Positions 55,284-64,000 of a stretch of DNA of 64,000 nucleotides are shown piece after piece. The notes under the pieces are model-generated. The model did no database searches and had not been told where the DNA came from. It saw only the letters and a list, made by a program, of their open reading frames with translations. A program made the position numbers and the translations under genes. Source of the DNA: an uncultured Chryseobacterium sp. Its GTDB lineage: Bacteria; Bacteroidota; Bacteroidia; Flavobacteriales; Weeksellaceae. Location of the stretch: contig CAURNW010000007.1 in assembly GCA_963526305.1 (NCBI GenBank), positions 161,032 to 225,031 on the forward strand, read 5' to 3'. Position 1 is the stretch's first letter; each line of letters begins with the position of its first letter.

Positions 55284-56897
55284 TTATATAGACGTTTTTT
55301 CACACGCTTTAATAAACGCTCTGAATAAAGGATGTGGTGTTGCCACTGTACTTTTGTATTCAGGATGGTACTGTACTCCTACATAGAAAGGATGATCCGG
55401 CATTTCAAGAGCTTCAACCAAGCCCGTCTCCGGATTGGTCCCTGTTGCCAGGAAGCCGTTTTTCTCAAATTCCTGGATGTATTCACTGTTGAATTCATAA
55501 CGGTGACGGTGTCTTTCCGAGATATGCTTGCTTCCGTAAATTTCATTTAATTTTGAACCGTTTTTCAAAGCACATTTCCATGCACCCAGACGCATTGTAC
55601 CGCCTTTATCCACGACATTTTTCTGTTCTTCCATTAATGAGATCACAGGATGTTCTGTAGAAGTGTCAAATTCCATCGAGTTGGCTTTAGGATAACCTAA
55701 AACATTTCTTGCAAATTCTACGGTCATGATCTGCATTCCCAGACAAATTCCCAACATCGGTATTTTGTTTTCTCTGGCATATTGAGCTGTAAGAATTTTA
55801 CCTTCAATCCCTCTGTCGCCAAAACCTGGAGCAACCAGGATCCCACAAACCCCTTCTAAACTTTCTTTGATATTCTCCTTGGTTAAATCACCGCTGTATA
55901 CCCATCTGATTTTCACCTCTGTCTCAATATCTGCACCGGCATGTTTGAAAGCCTCAGCAATTGAGATATAAGAATCCTGAAGAGAGATATATTTTCCTAC
56001 CAAAGCGATCTCAACAGTTCTCTTTGGATTTTGGAATTTCTTTACGAAAGTTTTCCAGTCTTTAAGATCAGCTTCTTTATCACTTTTCAGGTCCAATCCC
56101 TTAAGAACTACATCATCAAAGTTTTGTTTCTGAAGATACATCGGAACTTCATAGATCGTTTCGAGATCTTTACACTCAATGACATTATCTAAAGAAACAT
56201 TACAGAATTGAGCCAGTTTTGCTCTCTGATCTTTAGGAATTTTATGTTCTGTTCTGCACACCAATACATCAGCCATGATTCCGCTTTCCATCAGTTGACG
56301 TACAGAATGCTGAGAAGGTTTAGTCTTTAATTCGCCGCTTGATGCAAGATATGGAAGCAATGTCAGGTGAATAACCATAGAATTTTTCTCTCCCAATTCC
56401 CATTTCAACTGGCGGACAGTCTCAATGTACGGTAATGATTCGATATCCCCTACCGTTCCTCCGATTTCAGTAATGATGATATCATAGTTCTGTTTGGAAA
56501 GAATCTTGATTCTGCGCTTAATTTCGTTTGTAATATGAGGAATTACCTGAACCGTTTTTCCAAGAAAGTCTCCTTTTCTTTCTTTTTCGATGACCGTCTG
56601 GTAGATTTTTCCTGTCGTAACGTTGTTATTTTGAGAAGTCGGAGCATCAAGGTAACGCTCGTAATGTCCTAAATCCAGATCTGTCTCTGCACCATCTTCG
56701 GTTACATAACATTCTCCGTGCTCATAAGGGTTTAATGTTCCCGGGTCGATATTGATGTAAGGATCCAGTTTTTGTATCGTTACATTAAATCCGCGTGATT
56801 TTAGCAATAGTCCCAGAGAAGCAGAAACGATTCCCTTTCCCAAAGATGAAGTTACACCTCCTGTCACAAAGATGTACTTTGTATTCTTTTTACTCAT
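55284..56897 (-). CDS. pyrG: CTP synthase
   Basis: KYIFVTGGVTSSLGKG N-terminus and a GATase domain with GICLGMQ. The ORF track extends to 56915; M at 56897 (MSKKNTKY) is preferred. Confidence 0.97.
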   Translation of the reverse strand: MSKKNTKYIFVTGGVTSSLGKGIVSASLGLLLKSRGFNVTIQKLDPYINIDPGTLNPYEHGECYVTEDGAETDLDLGHYERYLDAPTSQNNNVTTGKIYQTVIEKERKGDFLGKTVQVIPHITNEIKRRIKILSKQNYDIIITEIGGTVGDIESLPYIETVRQLKWELGEKNSMVIHLTLLPYLASSGELKTKPSQHSVRQLMESGIMADVLVCRTEHKIPKDQRAKLAQFCNVSLDNVIECKDLETIYEVPMYLQKQNFDDVVLKGLDLKSDKEADLKDWKTFVKKFQNPKRTVEIALVGKYISLQDSYISIAEAFKHAGADIETEVKIRWVYSGDLTKENIKESLEGVCGILVAPGFGDRGIEGKILTAQYARENKIPMLGICLGMQIMTVEFARNVLGYPKANSMEFDTSTEHPVISLMEEQKNVVDKGGTMRLGAWKCALKNGSKLNEIYGSKHISERHRHRYEFNSEYIQEFEKNGFLATGTNPETGLVEALEMPDHPFYVGVQYHPEYKSTVATPHPLFRAFIKACEKTSI

Positions 56898-57037
56898 TAG
56901 ATTAGGTTTGTGCAAAGTTAGGGGAAAAAGAAAAGCAAAGCAATTTTGTAGTGATTTTTAATTGTACTTAATGACTGATATGACTTTTCTGCTTATCAAA
57001 ATATTCTAGAATCATTACTTATAAAAAACTTGATTCA

Positions 57038-57076
57038 TAAAAAAAGGTTTCTCAAAAGTGTTTTTGAGAAACCTTT
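57038..57076 (-). terminator. Rho-independent terminator after yceI
   Basis: On the minus strand: aaggtttctcaaaa/ttttgagaaacctt stem followed by a T-run. Confidence 0.75.
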
Positions 57077-57101
57077 ACCTAAACCAAATTATATATTTGA
57101 A

Positions 57102-57671
57102 TTATTGTTTTGCCAATTCAAAAAACAGAGTAACATCTACATCTTTTGCAACACCTGCTCCTGTAGGATCGTATTTAATGTTATAATCTAAACGGTTTAC
57201 TGTAAATTTTGCCTGTAATCCAAGTACCTCTTTCCCCTGCTGGTTTTTGGCAATACCTCCGAAAGTCAAAGGAATACTCACTTCTTTAGAAATATCTTTA
57301 ATTGTCAGTTTACCTTTAAGAGTATAATTATTACCTTTTCCCTGTAAGACAGAAATTCCTTCAAACTTCATTTCAGGAAATTTTTCTGCTTCAAAGAAAT
57401 CTGCACTTTTCAAATGCTTATCTCTAGGCTCAACCCCTGTATTTATTGTTTCTGTATAAGCAGTAAAGTTAAACCTTGCGTTATTTAAATTTGATCCTTC
57501 TGTAGAAACAGATCCGTCAAATTTATCAAATTTACCCTGCACGAAGCTGATTCCCATGTGCTTGATATTGAAATTAACAGATGAATGCATTGGATCTACA
57601 TTCCATGTCGTCTGTGCAAATGTAAACATGCTTACTAAAGCAAATACGAAGCTTAAAAATATTTTTTTCAT
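57102..57671 (-). CDS. yceI: YceI-family periplasmic protein
   Basis: 189 aa. Signal peptide, then W.VDP.HS.V.F.IKHMGIS.V.G.F, the canonical YceI start. Confidence 0.9.
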   Translation of the reverse strand: MKKIFLSFVFALVSMFTFAQTTWNVDPMHSSVNFNIKHMGISFVQGKFDKFDGSVSTEGSNLNNARFNFTAYTETINTGVEPRDKHLKSADFFEAEKFPEMKFEGISVLQGKGNNYTLKGKLTIKDISKEVSIPLTFGGIAKNQQGKEVLGLQAKFTVNRLDYNIKYDPTGAGVAKDVDVTLFFELAKQ

Positions 57672-57788
57672 TTTCTAAAATTTATGAAGCAAATGTACAT
57701 CAGAAAAACCAAAACATTCATTGATGTATGATAAGATTAAATAATCTTTCATAAAAAATCTGATTAAGTTTTTTCATAATTTTACAGA

Positions 57789-59138
57789 ATGGCAAAACTG
57801 AGAACAGCGTATTTCTGTCAAAACTGCGGATCACAGTATTCCCAGTGGATGGGACAGTGTAAAAACTGTGGGGAATGGAATACTTTGGTAGAAGAAATTG
57901 TAGAAAAAACTCCGCAAAAAAGTTTAACCTCTTCAAAAAGCAAACAAAGTGTCATCAACATTATCGAAGTTGAGGCGATTGAAGAGCCCAGAATAAAGAC
58001 ACCCTCAGATGAACTCAATAGGGTTTTGGGAGGGGGAATCGTTTTAGGCTCTGTTACATTGATCGGCGGAGAGCCCGGAATAGGAAAGTCTACCCTCCTT
58101 CTGCAGCTGGCATTGAAAATGAAGAAAAAAATATTTTATGTTTCAGGAGAAGAAAGTGCTTCTCAGATTAAAATGAGGGCTGACCGCCTAGCAGAAGTGA
58201 AAAACCCAAACTGTTTTTTATATACAGAAACGTCATTGGAAAAAATACTTCACGAAGCTAAAAAACTGGAGCCTGATTTTGTGATTATCGATTCTATTCA
58301 GACCCTGCAGTCACAGCTGATTGAGAGTTCCCCTGGAACAGTCTCTCAGATCCGTGAATGCTCGAACGAGATTATCAAATATGCTAAAGAAAACAATGTT
58401 CCCGTATTTCTCGTAGGTCACATTACCAAAGACGGCCAGATAGCCGGTCCTAAAGTTCTGGAACATATGGTAGATGTTGTATTAAATTTTGACGGCGACA
58501 GAAATCATCTTTTCAGATTATTAAGAGCTAATAAGAACCGTTTTGGATCGACTGCAGAAATCGGTATTTATGAAATGGTTTCACAAGGTCTAAAAGAAAT
58601 AAAGAATCCGTCAGAAATTCTTATCACTAAAAAATTTGAAGAACTCTCGGGAAATTCTGTAGCCGTAACTTTGGAGGGAAACCGCCCGATGCTTCTTGAA
58701 ATTCAGGCATTGGTAAGTACCGCTGTTTACGGAACTCCACAAAGGAGCTGTACTGGGTTTGATTCTAAAAGACTGAATATGCTGCTGGCCGTTTTAGAAA
58801 AAAGAGCAGGCTTTCAGCTGGGGGCAAAGGATGTCTTCTTAAACATAACCGGCGGCATTAAAACCGACGATCCCGCTTTAGATTTAGCTGTTGTAGCCTC
58901 GATTCTTTCCTCCAATGAAGATATAGCAATTTCCGAACATTTCTGTTTTGCAGGGGAGATCGGTTTAAGCGGAGAGATCCGTCCTATTGCCCAGGTCGAA
59001 CAGAGAATCACAGAAGCTGAAAAACTAGGCTATGAAAAGATTTTTGTTTCCAATCTGAATAAAATTCCGAAACGTAAATTCGGAATTAAAATTGAGGAAG
59101 TGAGCAAGGTTGAGGATTTTCATGAAAGGCTGTTTTGA
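57789..59138 (+). CDS. radA: DNA repair protein RadA
   Basis: 449 aa. N-terminal zinc finger CQNCGSQYSQWMGQCKNCGEWNT, Walker A GEPGIGKST, a KNRFG motif and a Lon-like C-domain. Confidence 0.97.
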   Translation: MAKLRTAYFCQNCGSQYSQWMGQCKNCGEWNTLVEEIVEKTPQKSLTSSKSKQSVINIIEVEAIEEPRIKTPSDELNRVLGGGIVLGSVTLIGGEPGIGKSTLLLQLALKMKKKIFYVSGEESASQIKMRADRLAEVKNPNCFLYTETSLEKILHEAKKLEPDFVIIDSIQTLQSQLIESSPGTVSQIRECSNEIIKYAKENNVPVFLVGHITKDGQIAGPKVLEHMVDVVLNFDGDRNHLFRLLRANKNRFGSTAEIGIYEMVSQGLKEIKNPSEILITKKFEELSGNSVAVTLEGNRPMLLEIQALVSTAVYGTPQRSCTGFDSKRLNMLLAVLEKRAGFQLGAKDVFLNITGGIKTDDPALDLAVVASILSSNEDIAISEHFCFAGEIGLSGEIRPIAQVEQRITEAEKLGYEKIFVSNLNKIPKRKFGIKIEEVSKVEDFHERLF

Positions 59139-59172
59139 CCCTTAAACAAGTGAATTTTAACAGGTAATCTAT

Positions 59173-59216
59173 AAAAAAGAGTCTGTATTCAAATGGTGAA
59201 TACAGACTCTTTTTTT
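59173..59216. terminator. Bidirectional terminator between radA and sprA
   Basis: 13-bp stem agagtctgtattc/gaatacagactct flanked by A6 and T6. Confidence 0.8.
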
Positions 59217-59235
59217 GCCTTATTTACTTTATTAG

Positions 59236-62200
59236 TTAAAACCCTCCGGAATCACCAAAAGTAAATGTTGCTGAGATTCCGGCTCTGATGGTAGATAACG
59301 GGAATGCTGTTGATATTTTATACCTTGAGGTCATCTGCTCATAGAATAATCTCAGGTTTAAGTTTTCTGAAACATTGTAGTCAGCAGACAATTTTATATT
59401 CATCAATCTCTGACCACCGGTTACCTGCGAGTCATCCAGTAAAATATTCATAATGCTTGTACGGCTGTCACGAAGTGAAATATCTCCTCTGATGTTAAGA
59501 TCACTTCCTCTGCCTCTTCCTCCTCTTCCACCACGGGTATTACCCATGTTTCCCAATCTGAAGTTTCTGACGATGTACCCTAATCTTACAACATATTCTG
59601 TATTTGAATCTTCAGTTAAGGTATGATTGACCAGCCCTAGTAAGAGTGTTCTCATTCTGTTATACTGCAGCCCAAACTGCAGGTTGTTTCTCATCGTAAC
59701 ATCGATTCCGATCAAGGGTGCAAAAGCTTCTACATACCCCACCTGAGCAAATGTATATGGATTTATTTTATCCCCGTCATTGATATTACCTGATAAATCT
59801 GAAGTCTGATAAAAACCTCCCGGATTGTTAAAATAATCAACATTACTTTGAATACCGGTTGCTGTATAGGTCGCATTATAGCTGTGTAAAAGATCAAACT
59901 TTGTAAACTGCCCACTGATTATCGGGATATTTTTCAGTCCTGAGTAAATAATCCTCCAGTTAGGTATCGGCAGCCCTGATTTTTTGGCATCCCCTAATCT
60001 TTCAGGATTTTTACCCTCTACCGCTGCACGGAATGCAGGAATCAAAACATAGGCATTGGCAATACTATACCCATTTGTAAATCCATCTGTTCCCTGAACC
60101 GTTCCCAGCTGCTGCGAAATCTGTCTGGCATTCTGCCTGATCGATTCATACACTGCCTGTCCTGTCTGGAAAGAGCTGTTGACAAGCACTACAGAATTTG
60201 AATAACTTACCATATCACTAGCAAACGTAAGATTCGGGTTTGAGAAACCGCTGTCGTCCCGGAAGTTGAAACCGGTCTGAGAGAAATTTCTGTTGTAGGT
60301 CTGCAGCACATTAAAATCTATTCTGAAATCATTGACCGGCATCATTTGCAGGTTTGCCCTGAGTTCCCTTGTTGACATTTTCACATACGGATCAATCATA
60401 AATTCAGAAGAACTTACCCACCCGTTTTCGATAACCGTTCGTCTTATATCTGCCTGAGATCCTAAAAGGAAGCCAGCAGTCGGACCTCCTAAAGTCTGTC
60501 CGTAACCATATCCGTTAGGTGCTGATAATAAACCTGGAAGTACAGTTCCATTATTTTCGGAATAATTAACATCCAGTTGTTTGAATGAGGTCAGTAAAAA
60601 CGCTGCACTCTGTAAAACCGACAGTTTATTTTTAAACTTATAGCTTTTAAATTTATATCTTCTTTTATCCCAGGCCTGCGTATAAACATTATTTAAGGAA
60701 TCCATTTCCTGCTTCCGTTTCTGAAGAGTCGTTGACATCTTTTTGAAATAACCGAACTGACCAAAGAACTTCGGAATGTCAGCAGTTGCAGTTGCCTGGA
60801 TAATATTGGTATTCTGACCTATGGATCCCAGACTTCCATCCGGACTTGATAATAAAGCAGTAGATCTTGCATTCCAGTTGTAGGTGAAACCATACTGAAG
60901 TTCTGCATCAATAAAGTCTAAATAAGGAAGCAGCTGGAATGGCAATTTATAATTCAACTGCACTCTGTGATTATAAAGTACCGGTCTTCCGGATCTGAAC
61001 ATATTCCCAAAAATGGAAGAATTATCCATTGTATTTACATCAACATTGTCATTCAGCGTTCTTGTTGCAGAGTTGATCTCCAGTTTTAAAGATTTAGTAA
61101 AATTAAATCCTAGACCATACTGCCATCCGAAATAGAAATTCCTGTTTTTGATAGCTGCAAAATCATCTCCTAAGTTTCCACTTAAAACAGCGTCAATATT
61201 TCTGAATTCAAGTTCGTTATAATTTCTGTCCAATTCAGTTCTGAAAGACAATCTTGTAGGTATCGGATTAAAATTAAATTCTTTTACCCATCGCAGATAT
61301 TTCGTCGACTTTGCAGTATCACTGATCATTTTATTAAATGGCTTGATAACCCACGGTTTAAAAGTGTAGTTATAATCTACGTATCCTCTAAAATACTGTC
61401 TGTAATTTCTTTTCGTGTAAATATCTCTATAGAAGTCATCATTATAGACAGCAGTCACAGCAAGGTTTTCTACATCATAGAATTTAGGTTTACTGTTTTC
61501 TTTCACCCTTTCTTTTCGCATATTGACCACTCCAAGGCTTCTTTGCTGAGTATAGGTTCTCGCCACTTTTTTCAGTTCTTCTCTATTGGCAGCTTTACTG
61601 AATTCAACATCGGTATCCAGAGGGTTGTATTTTGGATCTTCAATAGTTTGTGAATAAGAATAATTCAGAGGAATTTTCACTCCCGTTTTTTCAGGTAAGA
61701 ATTTATCTACATTCACCTGTGTATTCACACTGAATGCTGACTGTGTAGACTGGTTTCTTTCGGCAGGTTTGGAATCAATATTTCCAAAACCGACTGAAGT
61801 ATAAGAGCCGCTTGCGTTGACCACTGCAAAATCACCCAGGTTGAAATTTAAACTTGCATTTCCTGCATACCCTCCATCATTTTCAATTTCTGAAAGACGG
61901 ATCTCGTTGACCCAAAGAACTCTACCATTAGCACCTATTCCACCCCGTTGATTATTTCTGATACCAATCATAATTGTAGTAACATTCCCCAACGAAGGTC
62001 TTCCTTTTATATATATTCTTTTGTTGCTATCACCAAAAGTTAAATCTTCAGTTCTGTTAATTATTGGAATCGATGAGTTTCTATCCCGTCTTAATTTCGC
62101 GTCTACAAAATCCTGAATATTAAAATCTACATCATTTTCAACCGGCCAGATATCCAAAGGTGAAGTTGCAGTATTTGACGTATATTTTAGGGAAGCTTCA

Positions 62201-64000
62201 TATTCATAATAATTATCCGTCGCATCATTACCAAAACGTATAAAGAATTTGACGTCCGGATCCAAATTTGAAGCTGTTGGTACATCTAAATTTTGTCCAT
62301 GCACAAAAAGCTTCAGTTTTTTGTATCGTCTCATGTCCAGAGCAACATTTTTAAAAACACCTCTTGCTTCCTCGCTCATGCTTCTCACTTTCATATACAA
62401 TGAAGCTTCATTTTGTCTTTGTGCACCAGCATTTCCACTTAAGACCTGTCTGTCAATTCCAGGAGGCAAAACATAAGGTGGCTGATTTAATGCATTTTCT
62501 TCGATATTTACACTGCCAACTTCAAAATTGTCATTCAATGTTATCAATCCGGGAGTTCCTTCTGTAGGAGAATCAACTGTCGGACTGAAAATTTTATTCG
62601 GATACCTTCTCCAGTCTGATCTTACAAGATCCATGGTACCAAATCTTAAGGTAGAGGTCTGCTCAAATCCCGTCATCAACAATCTTGCGAATCTCACATT
62701 ATTAAGTACCGAAGGATCTTTATCTCCTCCTACCCCTGCTTCAGCATATTTTGAAACCGGAATTCTGAATAGATACCATTTTACATCATCACTTTGTCCA
62801 TTCTGGAAAGTGGCAGTAACTGTTTTCACATCAACGATGTTATTCTGACCTAACGTTAAATTTGCCTGGGCAAGACTGACTACATATTCATTGTAATTTT
62901 CACTCTGATCTAAGTTGTAATCCTTGTTGATATCTTCTGCATCAGGAGTTTGAGATGCCACTTCAAGAGAATTACTCTGAGAGTTGCCTTCCGGGCCTCT
63001 GAAATATTTATAACGCTGAGTGATTGAAGCTGCCTGACTTCCTGTGAATCTCTCAGACATATAAAATACAAAATCATCCACTGCAGGGTCAGAAAGATTA
63101 AGAACTGGGTTGATAAATGTACTGGTAGGAAATTTCAATCCTTCCTGATCTGAATTTAAACCGTCATATCCTGCATCCTGAATTCTACGGTCATCCCCTT
63201 CACTTGAAAATGCATAAAGGATCGGCGGCTGTTTTGGCTGAGTTCCCCAGTTTGAACTGGAGGTTGATGAAGTTTGTCCAGGCGTTGGCAAACCGTTTTC
63301 ATACTGCATCAATCCGTCTTTCAGAATATCTTCACTCACGTTTCCTAAATGAAGTAAAAGCTTTGGATCCGTTCCCAGGTTATTTCCGTCAGCGTAAGGA
63401 TCCATCATCCAAAATTCTACATATTCGATGTTTGAATTGACAAAGTTGGAAACCTGGATAGGCCTCATAATTCCTGCCCATCTCTGCTGTACGGTTTCTG
63501 AATTAGGATTGACATTGTAAGGACCTTTCTCTGCCGGATAATAGGAAATATCAAAAGTATTGGTAAACGTCTGCTCGCCCGCTACAAAATCCCTGTTGTT
63601 AAAAATCTCTGAAAACTGAACCCTTCTGGAGGCGTGATTGGAAACTGACTGCGCAGTAATTCCAGCGGGAGCTCTTCCTCCCACTCCCCAAAACCTCGGG
63701 TCAATATTATACCAGGATAACAGTCCTCTTCCATAACCATTTGTAACATTATCATTTACACCTGCTCCACTGAAAATCGGATAATTCTGGTTTTTTTCAG
63801 GTTTTGAAGCCAAACTCCAGGCTGCAGGTTCTTTTAATGAAATCTTTGAAGTTGTCTGTTCAAAATCATCGATGTATGACTGATCATTCGTTCCTTTATT
63901 AAGACCGGGAAGTAAGTAAGCCCCTTCCATTTTGAAGTTCAGATTAGATGGTGCTTCAGTATTGATTCCCGGAATTTTGTCAGTTAACCGCGTCAGGAAA
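59236..64000 (-). CDS. sprA: Cell-surface protein SprA (T9SS translocon), C-terminal ~1590 aa; the 5' end lies beyond the window
   Basis: The frame stays open upstream of the track's M at 63930, out to position 64000. A giant beta-rich protein of SprA type in a T9SS-bearing Bacteroidota context. Assigned by size, composition and context. Confidence 0.75.
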   Translation of the reverse strand, partial: FLTRLTDKIPGINTEAPSNLNFKMEGAYLLPGLNKGTNDQSYIDDFEQTTSKISLKEPAAWSLASKPEKNQNYPIFSGAGVNDNVTNGYGRGLLSWYNIDPRFWGVGGRAPAGITAQSVSNHASRRVQFSEIFNNRDFVAGEQTFTNTFDISYYPAEKGPYNVNPNSETVQQRWAGIMRPIQVSNFVNSNIEYVEFWMMDPYADGNNLGTDPKLLLHLGNVSEDILKDGLMQYENGLPTPGQTSSTSSSNWGTQPKQPPILYAFSSEGDDRRIQDAGYDGLNSDQEGLKFPTSTFINPVLNLSDPAVDDFVFYMSERFTGSQAASITQRYKYFRGPEGNSQSNSLEVASQTPDAEDINKDYNLDQSENYNEYVVSLAQANLTLGQNNIVDVKTVTATFQNGQSDDVKWYLFRIPVSKYAEAGVGGDKDPSVLNNVRFARLLMTGFEQTSTLRFGTMDLVRSDWRRYPNKIFSPTVDSPTEGTPGLITLNDNFEVGSVNIEENALNQPPYVLPPGIDRQVLSGNAGAQRQNEASLYMKVRSMSEEARGVFKNVALDMRRYKKLKLFVHGQNLDVPTASNLDPDVKFFIRFGNDATDNYYEYEASLKYTSNTATSPLDIWPVENDVDFNIQDFVDAKLRRDRNSSIPIINRTEDLTFGDSNKRIYIKGRPSLGNVTTIMIGIRNNQRGGIGANGRVLWVNEIRLSEIENDGGYAGNASLNFNLGDFAVVNASGSYTSVGFGNIDSKPAERNQSTQSAFSVNTQVNVDKFLPEKTGVKIPLNYSYSQTIEDPKYNPLDTDVEFSKAANREELKKVARTYTQQRSLGVVNMRKERVKENSKPKFYDVENLAVTAVYNDDFYRDIYTKRNYRQYFRGYVDYNYTFKPWVIKPFNKMISDTAKSTKYLRWVKEFNFNPIPTRLSFRTELDRNYNELEFRNIDAVLSGNLGDDFAAIKNRNFYFGWQYGLGFNFTKSLKLEINSATRTLNDNVDVNTMDNSSIFGNMFRSGRPVLYNHRVQLNYKLPFQLLPYLDFIDAELQYGFTYNWNARSTALLSSPDGSLGSIGQNTNIIQATATADIPKFFGQFGYFKKMSTTLQKRKQEMDSLNNVYTQAWDKRRYKFKSYKFKNKLSVLQSAAFLLTSFKQLDVNYSENNGTVLPGLLSAPNGYGYGQTLGGPTAGFLLGSQADIRRTVIENGWVSSSEFMIDPYVKMSTRELRANLQMMPVNDFRIDFNVLQTYNRNFSQTGFNFRDDSGFSNPNLTFASDMVSYSNSVVLVNSSFQTGQAVYESIRQNARQISQQLGTVQGTDGFTNGYSIANAYVLIPAFRAAVEGKNPERLGDAKKSGLPIPNWRIIYSGLKNIPIISGQFTKFDLLHSYNATYTATGIQSNVDYFNNPGGFYQTSDLSGNINDGDKINPYTFAQVGYVEAFAPLIGIDVTMRNNLQFGLQYNRMRTLLLGLVNHTLTEDSNTEYVVRLGYIVRNFRLGNMGNTRGGRGGRGRGSDLNIRGDISLRDSRTSIMNILLDDSQVTGGQRLMNIKLSADYNVSENLNLRLFYEQMTSRYKISTAFPLSTIRAGISATFTFGDSGGF

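Overview
This looks like a chromosomal segment from a Flavobacteriales bacterium, probably Chryseobacterium-like (Bacteroidota). That taxon call is an inference from several signs: a T9SS C-terminal sorting domain, SprA, a SusC/SusD pair, a fused CcoN/O oxidase, TAnnTTTG-type promoters and AT-rich DNA. Most of the window is ordinary core genome: sucC, recA, htpG, arfB, a deoxyhypusine-synthase homologue, ccoNO-ccoP, tamB/tamA-like genes, argS, susCD, rnhB, yidC, pyrG, yceI, radA and sprA. There is also a TetR/ABC/HlyD exporter operon and a LemA/GIDE membrane module. The stand-out region is an accessory island of about 9.5 kb (20.4-30.0 kb) bracketed by two identical, complete tRNA-Gln(UUG) genes. 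On its minus strand it carries one full-length 543-aa lipoprotein whose C-terminal module has a JAB/JAMM-like E...HxH...S..D signature. A 190-aa lipoprotein partner gene follows immediately. After that pair come four tandem orphan cassettes (period 1272-1309 bp), each made of only the C-terminal module plus its own divergent partner lipoprotein. All four orphan modules are disrupted: three share the same 2-nt insertion next to the HNH codons, one has a 2-nt deletion, one also has an in-frame TGA, and the terminal one is decayed. All four partner genes are intact. Perfect direct repeats of 305-480 bp straddle the gene boundaries. I read this as a polymorphic toxin/immunity-like, or silent-cassette recombination, locus of an unusual lipoprotein-based type with no known secretion-system marker. 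All family assignments are by eye from motifs, and no database search was possible. A second, very AT-rich accessory block (30.0-33.9 kb) holds two XRE regulators, a GNAT and a polytopic membrane protein.
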